Shown: one piece after another, positions 40,289-49,510 of the stretch
Layout of the letters: each line of letters opens with the position of its first letter
Position numbering within the stretch: position 1 is the first letter of the stretch
Source: Candidatus Omnitrophota bacterium
GTDB taxonomy: Bacteria > Omnitrophota > Gorgyraeia > Zapsychrales > Fredricksoniimonadaceae
Assembly (NCBI GenBank): GCA_903860135.1
Contig: CAIOPG010000008.1
Span: forward strand, 64,127-128,126
Reading direction: 5' to 3'
Length of the DNA stretch: 64,000 nucleotides
Notes under the pieces: model-generated
Seen by the model: the letters and a program-made list of their open reading frames with translations, nothing else
Databases searched by the model: none
Told to the model about the DNA's origin: nothing
Position numbers and translations under genes: made by a program

Positions 40289-40945
40289 CTATTGCGCGGT
40301 AACAGGTTGAGTGGCTGCCGGCTCACCCTGATCCTGCTTGAGGCTCGCGGGAAGATGCGCATCGAGGTATTTCATGCTCATTTCCACGGAATCCTTCATC
40401 AGAAGGGGCAGGGTCTGTACCAGTTTTCTACCTTCAGGTGATGCGTAAAAACGAATATAGGCACGCAGGTCGGCTTCAGAAAAATGTTTGTCATAGATCG
40501 GCAAAAGTTCCTGGATGATCTCATCCACTTTGACCGAACCACGAAATGCTTCCGCTTGCTCAGGCTTAAGGGAAGCGGTCATCTGATCAAAATTCGCCTG
40601 CATATTCTCCTTGACCCCGTAAATTTCGACAAACTTGCGGATCAGAGCGTCCTTCTGCAAGCCGTCAAACTCATCTGCCGGAACCACTGGTGCCAATATC
40701 TTATCGGACGCAGGTAGCACGGCCGGTGCTGCCGCCGCAACTGGTTCCTGGGAAGATTCAACCGCATCGACTTCATCATTATAATAGGTCAGCGGCACGC
40801 CATTGACATTGATCTTGATCCATTCAGAGCTTCTCTCGATAAGATTCCCTTCAACCACGGAGCCGTTCTTCAATTTGACAGTATCCGCGAGAGCCGGCAT
40901 AGCACCCAGACACAAACCCACAAGCATGACAATAAGTCCCCTCAT
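40289..40945 (-). CDS. exported DUF2059 domain protein
   Basis: Signal peptide MRGLIVMLVGLCLGAMPALA; IYDKHFSEADLRAYIRFYASPEGRKL. Confidence 0.8.
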   Translation of the reverse strand: MRGLIVMLVGLCLGAMPALADTVKLKNGSVVEGNLIERSSEWIKINVNGVPLTYYNDEVDAVESSQEPVAAAAPAVLPASDKILAPVVPADEFDGLQKDALIRKFVEIYGVKENMQANFDQMTASLKPEQAEAFRGSVKVDEIIQELLPIYDKHFSEADLRAYIRFYASPEGRKLVQTLPLLMKDSVEMSMKYLDAHLPASLKQDQGEPAATQPVTAQ

Positions 40946-41061
40946 AGCATCCCCCTTGTTGTTATGATCCAAAGATATACCATCGATTGTAAAAACTTTA
41001 CGCCTGCCGTCAATCGAATTCGTACTTGGACGCAAGCGGTGTTCATGATACCATAACCGTT

Positions 41062-42147
41062 ATGTTAAACAACCTGCGCCAGAAAATCGATCAAACCCTT
41101 GTCTCTTTCCTTGATACCGTCGAGAAGGAATACAACTTCCACCGCGTTAACCCTTTGCTTTACACCAGTATCCGCGAATTCTCCTTGCGCGAAGGCAAGC
41201 GCATCCGGCCACTCTTGTTCCTGCTCGCCTACAAAGGGTATGCCCCTCAAGGGAAAAAGATCACGGCGGCGCTGTACCGTACCGCCACCGCCATCGAATT
41301 CCTGCACAACTTCATGCTCATCCACGACGACATCATCGACCGCTCGGACCTGCGCCGTGGCCGGCCAACCATGCATCGCCTGCTCGAGAAAACTATCCCG
41401 GCCGCAGATCCCTACAGGCTGGGTACCGATCTGGCGATCATCGCGGGCGACATTGTCCATGCCATGGCCATCGACGCCTTCCTCGCCGTCAGCGAAGACC
41501 CCGCGCGCAAAGAACGCGCCTTAAGCTATTTCGTCCACACCTCCGCCTTCACGGCCATGGGCGAATTCGTGGACACCCTGCACGGGGTAGACCAGCTGAA
41601 ACATGTCGCCGAGGATGATGTCTTCCTCAATTATTCCCTGAAGACCGCGCGCTACACTTTCCAGTGCCCACTGGTTACAGGCGCGATCCTCGCCGGTGCT
41701 TCCCGGCACGAAACGCAGCGTCTGGCCGAGTTCGGGCTACTTATCGGGCAGGCCTTCCAGATCCAGGATGATATCATCGGGATATTTGAGACCGAACAAG
41801 CCATTGGCAAGTCCATTTTGAGCGACCTGGCCGAACAAAAAAAGACACTGCTCATGGTGCACGCCGACCGCACCCTCAGGGGCAAAGCCCATCAGCATTT
41901 CACGCAATTATTCCTCAAGCCCGCTCCAAACCTGGCGGATCTGGATGCCATACGCAAGATCCTCGTCGATGCCGGCACGCTGGTCTATGCCCTCGATGCC
42001 ATGCGCACCCACGCCACTCAAGCCAACACGATCCTCAAAAGCCTCAAGCTAACCCCGCGCTACCGCACCCTCATCCACACCGCCCTCTTCAACCTCTTCC
42101 GGCACGCCGAAACTGTTGCTAAAAAGTGGCAATCTCCAGGAAGTTAA
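41062..42147 (+). CDS. polyprenyl diphosphate synthase
   Basis: GKRIRP, LIHDDIIDRSDLRRG, KTARY, AFQIQDD. Confidence 0.93.
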   Translation: MLNNLRQKIDQTLVSFLDTVEKEYNFHRVNPLLYTSIREFSLREGKRIRPLLFLLAYKGYAPQGKKITAALYRTATAIEFLHNFMLIHDDIIDRSDLRRGRPTMHRLLEKTIPAADPYRLGTDLAIIAGDIVHAMAIDAFLAVSEDPARKERALSYFVHTSAFTAMGEFVDTLHGVDQLKHVAEDDVFLNYSLKTARYTFQCPLVTGAILAGASRHETQRLAEFGLLIGQAFQIQDDIIGIFETEQAIGKSILSDLAEQKKTLLMVHADRTLRGKAHQHFTQLFLKPAPNLADLDAIRKILVDAGTLVYALDAMRTHATQANTILKSLKLTPRYRTLIHTALFNLFRHAETVAKKWQSPGS

Positions 42148-42212
42148 AAACCGGAGCTGCTGAATACGCCGATTCAACAACTCCGGTTCAAAATATTCAC
42201 TTTCGTGTGTCC

Positions 42213-42626
42213 TTATTTCGTCACCCAGCGGCCCGAGGGTTCCTGGATTTTTTCACCCACAGCGGCTTTGTCGCGCTGAACACCGGCGAAAACACCTTCA
42301 ACCGTGGCCATGGCTTTAGCACCGAGGTCATTCTGCTCGACGATCGCCTGGTAAAGCTCTTTACGATTGGCATTCTCGGCGTTAACAAGTTCTTTCACAA
42401 AAACACCGCTCCCGTCGAAGATTTCCACATAACCACGGTTATTCTCACCCACAACGCCCTGCCCTTTGATCGCTTTCAACTCGGCAAAACGGGCTTTGCG
42501 CGCCTGCAGCGCGGCCTCGACCTGCGGAGTCATGACCTTGATATCATAACCGGCCTGCGCCGCGGACATACCGCAAACACCTGCCAGAAAGACCGCCAAA
42601 AAAACAGCACAACCGAACTTTCTCAT
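42213..42626 (-). CDS. YdbL family protein (DUF1318)
   Basis: Signal peptide; GVVGENNRGY, VNAENANRKELY, G.W at the C-terminus. Confidence 0.85.
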   Translation of the reverse strand: MRKFGCAVFLAVFLAGVCGMSAAQAGYDIKVMTPQVEAALQARKARFAELKAIKGQGVVGENNRGYVEIFDGSGVFVKELVNAENANRKELYQAIVEQNDLGAKAMATVEGVFAGVQRDKAAVGEKIQEPSGRWVTK

Positions 42627-42636
42627 AACCCCCCCC

Positions 42637-42825
42637 TTATTTGGTTTGCCCGCCGCTGATCATATCCTCGATACCCGACGCGGTCTTTTCCAGGCCTTTG
42701 ATATCAATGGTAATATGCGCATTGATCGTGATCGGACGATTGGGATCGCCGATAGCCTTGACGGTACAACCACTCCCAACCGCCATGCTCATCATCAGGA
42801 CAAAAATCATTTTCGATCGTTGCAT
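42637..42825 (-). CDS. YnbE-like small lipoprotein
   Basis: Lipobox-like GSGC, PITINAHITIDIK; upstream of ydbL-like gene. Confidence 0.75.
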   Translation of the reverse strand: MQRSKMIFVLMMSMAVGSGCTVKAIGDPNRPITINAHITIDIKGLEKTASGIEDMISGGQTK

Positions 42826-42834
42826 GCCTCCTCC

Positions 42835-43821
42835 TCATTTCAAGAATTTCTGACCGTACGCCGCTAGGGAAGCGAGCGTCCCATCCGTATTGATCTCGTG
42901 CGCCAGATTCAACTCAAGATTAACCTCTCGGCTTCTCAGGCGCAGTTCCCCCGTGAATTTCCCCTTGGCACCGCCCTTCATTGTAAACGAAAAAAGCTCC
43001 ATGGCAAGCTTCCCGCCATTGCGGATAAGAAAATCCAGCCGTTTCTTCTCGCGCGACCTGGGCAAATACTGTGTCAACGCCGCCAGCAACGCCGCACTCA
43101 CCTGGCCTCCGGCGGGCATGGTCAGGTCGACATCCAGGGTATCCACCGTACCGATACCACCTGCCAGCTTGACCGCGCCTGTCATCACACCATTTAATTG
43201 ATCAGCGAGTTCACGGTTAAGCTCTGCCAGCTGTGCCACATCGCACCCTTCAACAAAGATCTCCGCCGCATACGTCAACGATGGACCCAGATGAACAACC
43301 GCCTGCCCCGTCACACGGCCACCATAAGCCTGCAGCTTGACCGCACGCCATTCAATCTCCGCGCCTTTGATGATAATAAAGGCCGACACAGCCCGCGCAC
43401 GGATATTATCCCAGACCGCCTCCTGCGCTGTAACGGAACCGCTCAGCGTATCCCCGGCGAGCGTCAACTGCAGACCCGCCTCCCTGGCATCGCCGGCATC
43501 ATAAACCCCATGGGCATGCTCTAGGCTCACCAGGATCCGCCGCTCCCTGCCCCACACACTTTGCAACCCGGTAACAATGACGCCGGGCGTTTCCAAGATC
43601 AACGGTTTACCATTGATCCCAAGCTCAATGCGGACGTCCTTCAGTTCTAACCGGCCAGGCAGGGAAAACGACTGCCGGCCGATGCGCAGTTCTTTCATAA
43701 CAACCCCGGGACGTCCTGCCAACGCACGGCTACAGGCTTCACGGGTCAACCAAGGGGTTTGCAACGCGCTCACCACCAACAGCACCACAGATAAAGAAAT
43801 GGCCGGAATCAACCAACGCAT
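42835..43821 (-). CDS. YdbH/AsmA-like membrane-anchored beta-rich protein
   Basis: N-terminal TM, AYGGRVTG, beta-rich; synteny with ynbE/ydbL. Confidence 0.6.
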   Translation of the reverse strand: MRWLIPAISLSVVLLVVSALQTPWLTREACSRALAGRPGVVMKELRIGRQSFSLPGRLELKDVRIELGINGKPLILETPGVIVTGLQSVWGRERRILVSLEHAHGVYDAGDAREAGLQLTLAGDTLSGSVTAQEAVWDNIRARAVSAFIIIKGAEIEWRAVKLQAYGGRVTGQAVVHLGPSLTYAAEIFVEGCDVAQLAELNRELADQLNGVMTGAVKLAGGIGTVDTLDVDLTMPAGGQVSAALLAALTQYLPRSREKKRLDFLIRNGGKLAMELFSFTMKGGAKGKFTGELRLRSREVNLELNLAHEINTDGTLASLAAYGQKFLK

Positions 43822-43853
43822 AAACAGCTCCATTGTGTATTCAAAGAAACCTA

Positions 43854-44966
43854 TCAAATAAGCCTGGCCGATATTTCATCGAGCACCAGGCGCCCGCGGT
43901 CAGCCACTTGCATACACGCCCCGTCGCGGATCAGCCATCCGTCGGCTACCAGCACATCCAGTTCTTCACGCCGGTCAACAGGCAACAAGACACCAAAACG
44001 TTCCTCGAGCAGGGCGATATTGATACCCGCGTTCATCCGTAACCCGAGAACAAGCGTTTCCATCAACCTTGCCACCGGCGTCAAATGCTCCTGCCCGATG
44101 ACGGCACGCCCGCCGGTACGGATCATCTTGAGGTACTGCGGCAGGGTGTCCGCGTTCCAGGAGCGCTGGCCGTCATGATGCGCATGCGCCCCCATCCCCA
44201 GCCCCACATAATTACCGCCCTGCCAGTAATGGCTATTATGGCGCGACTCAAATCCGGACCTGGCGAAATTACTGACCTCATACTGGAAAAGCCCCGCCGC
44301 TTTCAACCGGGCACACACCTGCTGGTACAATTCCGCTTGGCTATCCAGCGATACCTTTTCTCCGCGCACATGAAAGACACTGCGCTCCTCGACGGTAAGG
44401 GCATAAACCGCCACATGCTCACTGCCCAGGGACACCAACGCATCCATATCCTGATCCAGCTGCGCCGTCGTCTGCCCCGGGAACCCGAACATCAGATCGA
44501 CACTGATATTATCAAAACCAGCCGATCGAAGCACCTTAAATGCGTAAAAGTTTTCCGCGACCCCGTGCGTCCGCCCCAGCCATGACAAATACCGACGGTC
44601 AAACGACTGCGCGCCAAAACTCACACGGTTAAAACCGAGCGATCTTAATAGGGCTGCTTTCTCTGGCGTCACGCTTTCGGGGTTCATTTCAAACACACGC
44701 TCGGCATCCCCGCCGATGAAGTTCTCCCTGACCAACGCAGCCAGGCGTCTGATCCCGTCCGTAGACAAGAGCGAGGGCGTCCCGCCGCCCACATACAACG
44801 AAGAAACCGCCTGTTGCCTGTACGGCTGTGCCTCGAGCTCCACAGCGTCAAGATAGTCCGCTTCACGGAAAAATCTGCCCGTCACGACAGGGAACGCGCA
44901 ATACAGGCATTTCCGCGCGCAGCACGGGATATGAATATACAGCGATGTCATCATAAGCAGCCTCAT
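43854..44966 (-). CDS. hemW: radical SAM heme chaperone HemW (HemN-like)
   Basis: LYIHIPCCARKCLYC, GGGTPS, YEVSNFA, HNSHYW. Confidence 0.92.
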   Translation of the reverse strand: MRLLMMTSLYIHIPCCARKCLYCAFPVVTGRFFREADYLDAVELEAQPYRQQAVSSLYVGGGTPSLLSTDGIRRLAALVRENFIGGDAERVFEMNPESVTPEKAALLRSLGFNRVSFGAQSFDRRYLSWLGRTHGVAENFYAFKVLRSAGFDNISVDLMFGFPGQTTAQLDQDMDALVSLGSEHVAVYALTVEERSVFHVRGEKVSLDSQAELYQQVCARLKAAGLFQYEVSNFARSGFESRHNSHYWQGGNYVGLGMGAHAHHDGQRSWNADTLPQYLKMIRTGGRAVIGQEHLTPVARLMETLVLGLRMNAGINIALLEERFGVLLPVDRREELDVLVADGWLIRDGACMQVADRGRLVLDEISARLI

Positions 44967-45157
44967 TTTCTCACCCACCCACAGGAAAAATTGAACCCAT
45001 GAAGGCTTCCTTATCAACACCGTCGATAAGCAATAACTCGTTATCATGTCATAATTAATAATTAAAGAAAAAATAATTAAATATTTTTTACATCTTAAAC
45101 TATAAATGTTAATATAAACGTAAGTTTTAACATTTAATCATGAAAGGAGAAAATAAC

Positions 45158-45271
45158 ATGGCTTGCTCAACAAAATGCTGTCCCAAGGGCGTCACCAAGA
45201 AGGCTCCCGCTGCGAAAGCAGCTCCTGCCAAGAAGGCGGCTCCTGCGAAGAAAACAGCGAAGAAGAAGTAA
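45158..45271 (+). CDS. 37-aa Lys/Ala-rich histone H1-like microprotein with Cys-rich N-terminus (absent from the ORF track)
   Basis: AAAGGAGA RBS, ATG 45158, MACSTKCCPKGVTKKAPAAKAAPAKKAAPAKKTAKKK*, followed by a terminator. Confidence 0.8.
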   Translation: MACSTKCCPKGVTKKAPAAKAAPAKKAAPAKKTAKKK

Positions 45272-45293
45272 GACCTCTTATCGTGATGTGTTA

Positions 45294-45323
45294 AAGACCC
45301 TCCGGGATTCCGGGGGGTTTTTT
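45294..45323. terminator. intrinsic terminator between the microprotein and the convergent T4SS/T4P operon
   Basis: gaccctccgg-gatt-ccggggggtt followed by a T tract. Confidence 0.8.
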
Positions 45324-45345
45324 ATAGCACGGACACCCCCACTTG

Positions 45346-46590
45346 TCAGAAATTTAACATCATCTCTTTTATATCCGCAGACGTTTTAGTCTCTGATAAT
45401 AACACGGAGCGACGGGCCATGTCGGTTCGTGCTGTGTCGACGTGTGCGGCGAGGGCGGCAATAAGTTCCTTGTAGGCCAACACGTCGGAACGGTCTGCCC
45501 TTGCGACCCTGCGGGCATACGTCAGCACTTGTTGCTTGTCACGCACGATCTGCCGGAATTCACTGGACAGGGCGGGATCAGCAAGGCAATAGTTCAGGTA
45601 TTCATCCGCCTGGAGGTAAAGCCCGTCCACTTCGGCAAAAGCCCCAGCATCGGCCAATTTCAGGATCATGATCCCCTGCGGCACATCAGCCAGCAGGTCG
45701 ACCCCGGCCAGGGTGCGCGCCGTAACAGGAACGCCAGACCATGATAATTCTTCCAAGGCTGCCGTTGTCCCCTTACCGGTGGCGCGGAACTTGGCCAGTG
45801 CCTCACGCCAGCGACGCGCCTTGACCTCCCTCGCTTCATTGAATGCCTGAACGAAGGTCTTGACCGGAAACACCTCTTTATAACTATCCTCGGAAAGCAC
45901 CCGATCACCGGTGATCCCAATGACCTGGTCAATGCGTCTTTGATCAAGTCCCAGGCGACCGAGCGCCTGCGCCACCACATGGATGCGCCGCCTCCCGTCG
46001 GACAATGATACGGTGCCGTCTAAACTGGCCAGCGCGTCAAAAGGCCGAACGGATTTCTGGCACACCCGCATGGCCTCGACCAACCCCAAGCCCTGATTGG
46101 CCTTGAGGCACTCCCGCTCCGACTGCCGGCTCAATCGCTCCGCCGGGCCTTCAGCGCCGCGTTCGATCTCGGACAGCCGCGCCGACTCCATGGCAAGCCG
46201 CTCGTAAGCGGCCATGCGGTAATGTTTAAGAACATCAGCGGTCACGGGGCTTGAGTATTCAAGTAATAGCAAAGGATGCCGGAGCGAAACATAACTCTGG
46301 TAATCCTTATCCTGCCGCAGGTTCTTGATTAAATATTTATCGAAGGCCGCGTCAAGGTCGCGCAAGGCACTCGGGCGTGTCATCCCCTCGACCGCAAGCG
46401 CTTTAACCTCGGACATCTTCTCCTGATGCCCGACCTGGTCGATGCCAGGCGTGCGAAAATAATAATCTGCCTGATCCTCTTTCAGGGCTTCGCGGAGCAC
46501 CGTATCCGCCGGACGGACACGTTCAAAAATATCGGCGTGCGCCAACGGCATGGCCGGCAGCATCAGCAAAAACAGGATCAAGCCTCTCAT
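45346..46590 (-). CDS. exported protein, putative TraH/ICE PFL_4711-like periplasmic T4SS component
   Basis: Signal peptide MRGLILFLLMLPAMPLAHA; PLLLLEYSSP helix; last gene of the tra operon after traU; weak similarity only. Confidence 0.4.
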   Translation of the reverse strand: MRGLILFLLMLPAMPLAHADIFERVRPADTVLREALKEDQADYYFRTPGIDQVGHQEKMSEVKALAVEGMTRPSALRDLDAAFDKYLIKNLRQDKDYQSYVSLRHPLLLLEYSSPVTADVLKHYRMAAYERLAMESARLSEIERGAEGPAERLSRQSERECLKANQGLGLVEAMRVCQKSVRPFDALASLDGTVSLSDGRRRIHVVAQALGRLGLDQRRIDQVIGITGDRVLSEDSYKEVFPVKTFVQAFNEAREVKARRWREALAKFRATGKGTTAALEELSWSGVPVTARTLAGVDLLADVPQGIMILKLADAGAFAEVDGLYLQADEYLNYCLADPALSSEFRQIVRDKQQVLTYARRVARADRSDVLAYKELIAALAAHVDTARTDMARRSVLLSETKTSADIKEMMLNF

Positions 46591-46874
46591 TCCGGCAGCC
46601 TCTCCAGGATACGCTGAGCCGCGGCGATCTTCTTGAGACGTTCTTTCTGCCACGCGAGGTATTTCAGCGCTGTTGTTGCATTGGGGTCATCGAGAAAAGC
46701 CTCGACGACCGCTGGCGGCGCGAAACCTCTTTCCACCCATAAAGGATCCGGGAACGAAGGCTTAGCCTGGGCATTTTCTTTAACGGCAAAATATTCGATC
46801 CGGCCGATGCCGTAAAGATCCGCCGCGACCACCGACGGGAAGGCCGCACAGCCCACGATCAAAACAAGCAACAT
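46587..46874 (-). CDS. small exported protein, TraF/TrbC N-terminus-like
   Basis: Hydrophobic leader; AFLDDPNATTALKYLAWQ resembles the 'NPT.ENV..Y..Q' segment of TraF; coupled to neighbours. Confidence 0.4.
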   Translation of the reverse strand: MLLVLIVGCAAFPSVVAADLYGIGRIEYFAVKENAQAKPSFPDPLWVERGFAPPAVVEAFLDDPNATTALKYLAWQKERLKKIAAAQRILERLPE

Positions 46875-47722
46875 TCTTTTTTTCGCCAGTAGATCCACAC
46901 AAACCTCCCGTCGCGTGCGTTCACGCCATTGTCCCATAAGGCCGGATCTGCCCCGACAGCCATGCAGCGCTGCTTGACCGGCGACACCATCTGCAAGCGG
47001 TCAAAACGGACATCCGGCCAGAAAAGCACCGGGGCTACAACCTGATGCGGTGTCTGAGGTTTTAGCGCCGCGATATCAACCGCCCTGAAAGCCGCCACCG
47101 CAGAAGCCGTGGCCGGGCTGGCGTGCACCACAAACCCGGTGCGCGGATAAAGCGGCCCCCAGACCCCCAGACATAACCCCGGGAATAAAGCACCGTAACG
47201 CGCACAGACAGGGGCGACCTTAGCGGTCATCTGCGCCAGGGGATGCTTCATCTCGTAACGCGCGCGCCGCCATTCATCCCTGTCCTGTTCACTGATATAA
47301 CTGATCGCACTCCCCAAATCCGGCAGACCTTCACACGGGGCTTCGACCATGAGTGAAAAGGTATCTGAAAAAGGAAACCCGAAAACATGGGCCTCGTTCA
47401 GGTGAAGATTGGTCGTATCGGCTTGTCCCGCGGCCCCGCACGCAGAGGCCTCTGCCCGCGAACCGGCCATAGCGGCCACAACAGACTTATATTCCATGAT
47501 GCCCGATACCCCGGAACGTCGGGTGGTTTCAACCAGCAAGACCGGCTGCCAGTAACGGACCTTGGCTCCTACAAAGGGCGGTGAATTCCTCCGGCAAACG
47601 CCGAGCACCTGGAACCTGACACACGGCCAGTCCGCCTGGGCTGCCAAAGCAACAAGGCTTTCATCGGCTGTCACCGGAACAACAGTAAAAGTCAAAAGGA
47701 TCAGGGCAATGATGGCTTGCAT
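46859..47722 (-). CDS. traU: TraU family protein
   Basis: Signal peptide, DWPCV..GVC, YWQPVLLVE, YISEQD..W, WGPLYPRTG, WIYWRKKECC. Confidence 0.85.
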   Translation of the reverse strand: MQAIIALILLTFTVVPVTADESLVALAAQADWPCVRFQVLGVCRRNSPPFVGAKVRYWQPVLLVETTRRSGVSGIMEYKSVVAAMAGSRAEASACGAAGQADTTNLHLNEAHVFGFPFSDTFSLMVEAPCEGLPDLGSAISYISEQDRDEWRRARYEMKHPLAQMTAKVAPVCARYGALFPGLCLGVWGPLYPRTGFVVHASPATASAVAAFRAVDIAALKPQTPHQVVAPVLFWPDVRFDRLQMVSPVKQRCMAVGADPALWDNGVNARDGRFVWIYWRKKECCLF

Positions 47723-47723
47723 A

Positions 47724-48611
47724 TCACGACCTTATGATCCAGTACAACGCCATCGACGGCTGAACGTTGTTGTGCGCAAGGCCGCCCCCGGCTGCTGCTG
47801 TGACGCCCGCGCGCTGGGATGTGAGTAACGGGGAAGAACTCCCATCGTACCGACTGCCCGTCCAAGGTGATTCGTTATAGCCGTGCGTGTGCGCCGGCAT
47901 TTCGGCGATGGTCAACCGATGCGCTTCTTCACCGAAGATCCCGCCCAGCGAACGCCCCCGGGTATCGGTCATGACATTGGCCGCAGAGCCGCCCATATTA
48001 TCAAGCCCCACGACCGTGCGTCCGCGCAAATCAGGCAGATTGAACGTTGTTGACCCGTTGCCTGGACCATAGGTGGTGCCGATCACAGCGAACAATCCCG
48101 TATAATCCGCGCGCGCCACAGCGCGGCCGTCACAGATCAGCCAGCCTGAGGGCAGTGTCCCCGCAGGCCACGGCACGATCGTCCCGGCCGCTGCCAGTGA
48201 TTCCGTCCCCGGCGGTGTTACCTTGAGATTGACCCGTGTTCCGTTGATAACCGGCATCGGCAATAACACGGCTGTCGCTGACGCAAGGTCCGCCGGTAAA
48301 GTCGTGGTCAAATTTAGAAGCGCCCCCGCCTTCTGAACTTCATAAAGGTTCCCAAAAGGATTCCTGGTGCTCCAGGCTGTGTCTAGGAATCCGGCCGTAC
48401 GCAAAGCATCAAGGCTGTCAGGCCATTGTTGTTTTTCGATATAATACGCGCGCGCAACCTCGGCGATCTGGGACATCTCCATCGCCGTCTTTCTGGCCGC
48501 TTCCAAGCGCACCCCGCGGACAAAATCAGGGACGACCGCGCCGGCCAGGATCATGGCCATGGCCAGGGCCAGCGACAATTCGATCAAGGTGAAACTCCGT
48601 CTACGGTGCAT
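47724..48611 (-). CDS. type IV pilin-like protein fused to a phage tail-collar domain (putative tip adhesin)
   Basis: RRRS|FTLIELSLALAMAMILAG prepilin motif; C-terminal GTIVPWPAGTLPSGWLICDG..Y..LFAVIGTTYG.GNGSTTFNLPDLRGR and HNNVQP. Confidence 0.88.
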   Translation of the reverse strand: MHRRRSFTLIELSLALAMAMILAGAVVPDFVRGVRLEAARKTAMEMSQIAEVARAYYIEKQQWPDSLDALRTAGFLDTAWSTRNPFGNLYEVQKAGALLNLTTTLPADLASATAVLLPMPVINGTRVNLKVTPPGTESLAAAGTIVPWPAGTLPSGWLICDGRAVARADYTGLFAVIGTTYGPGNGSTTFNLPDLRGRTVVGLDNMGGSAANVMTDTRGRSLGGIFGEEAHRLTIAEMPAHTHGYNESPWTGSRYDGSSSPLLTSQRAGVTAAAGGGLAHNNVQPSMALYWIIRS

Positions 48612-49050
48612 GCTTATTCCTTTGTTGGTATAATAACCGCGCCGCTTGGCCATGATCCTTTCCAATCGACAGACGGATCAGGTCCCAGGAGCCCCTGGAC
48701 TGAACCACAAACCCGTATCTCCCGGCGTCTGCTTTGGCCGTTCCGGCGGGAACCTCGGTTTCGATCCACAGGCGCCGCGCGTCTGAAGCAAAGGTGTACG
48801 CACGGCCCCAGCTATTATTTTCCGGCATCCTGGGAAGCACCCCATGGATCTCCTGCCACGCGGCAGGCCATACCCCCTGAAGGCTGGCGTATTGACGGCC
48901 AGCCTCAAGAAAAGCCGCCATATCATTGACCGTGCGCCGGGCACGGGCCATGGCCACCGGTTTACCGGCAGAACAGAGAACCCCGCCGGCCACGGCCACG
49001 AGCAAGACGCACGTCAACGACAATTCCAGCAAGCTGGCCGCGCGCTTCAT
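48601..49050 (-). CDS. minor type IV pilin-like protein
   Basis: MKRA|ASLLELSLTCVLLVAVAGG class III signal-like N-terminus; NSWGRAY. Confidence 0.7.
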   Translation of the reverse strand: MKRAASLLELSLTCVLLVAVAGGVLCSAGKPVAMARARRTVNDMAAFLEAGRQYASLQGVWPAAWQEIHGVLPRMPENNSWGRAYTFASDARRLWIETEVPAGTAKADAGRYGFVVQSRGSWDLIRLSIGKDHGQAARLLYQQRNKHAP

Positions 49051-49496
49051 CAAAACGTGGCTTTCCATACCTTGCCTGCCTGGTCGTAATTAGTCGCTTC
49101 CGCTCGCGATAGAAACGTACTGGTCAATTCAGCACCCGCCGACGCAGGGACGCTGGCGAGCGCAATGTCCACCCGCGTATTATCCGCCGCGTTCGCCGCC
49201 ACGGTGTAATCACCGCCAAAGCTATTGGCAAGGGCAGGATCAAAGTTGTTGGGCAACAGGCCGGCAGTCTTGAGCGTCCCTACGCTAACGCCGGTATAGG
49301 TGAGATTCTGCCCCGAAAGATAATTCTGCGCAGCGATGCGCAAACTGTCGACCGCCTGCGCCTCCCGCTGAAGGCGGCATTTATTCATCATCCCGCCACC
49401 GGCGGCCACAACGCTCACAAGGACACCCATGAGCCCTATGGCTATCGCCAGTTCCATCAAAGAAAATCCCCGGTTATAACGTGCGTTCCTCTTCAT
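49050..49496 (-). CDS. major type IV pilin (PilS-like fold suspected)
   Basis: MKRNARYNRG|FSLMELAIAIGLMGVLVSVVA; NSFGGDYTV..VPAS; strong RBS GGAGGG. Confidence 0.85.
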   Translation of the reverse strand: MKRNARYNRGFSLMELAIAIGLMGVLVSVVAAGGGMMNKCRLQREAQAVDSLRIAAQNYLSGQNLTYTGVSVGTLKTAGLLPNNFDPALANSFGGDYTVAANAADNTRVDIALASVPASAGAELTSTFLSRAEATNYDQAGKVWKATF

Positions 49497-49510
49497 CTTC
49501 CCCTCCTGGT

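Noticed and set aside
42213-43821. ydbH-ynbE-ydbL-like trio as part of the secretion system
   Set aside because: Known envelope/lipid-transport module, separated from the operon by hemW, the microprotein and a terminator
47700-48200. Shufflon or DGR diversifying the tip pilin
   Set aside because: No inverted sfx-like repeats, alternative C-termini, recombinase, reverse transcriptase or template repeat found; traU starts immediately downstream
47724-48200. Prophage remnant suggested by the tail-collar domain
   Set aside because: The domain is fused in-frame to a pilin and no other phage genes are nearby
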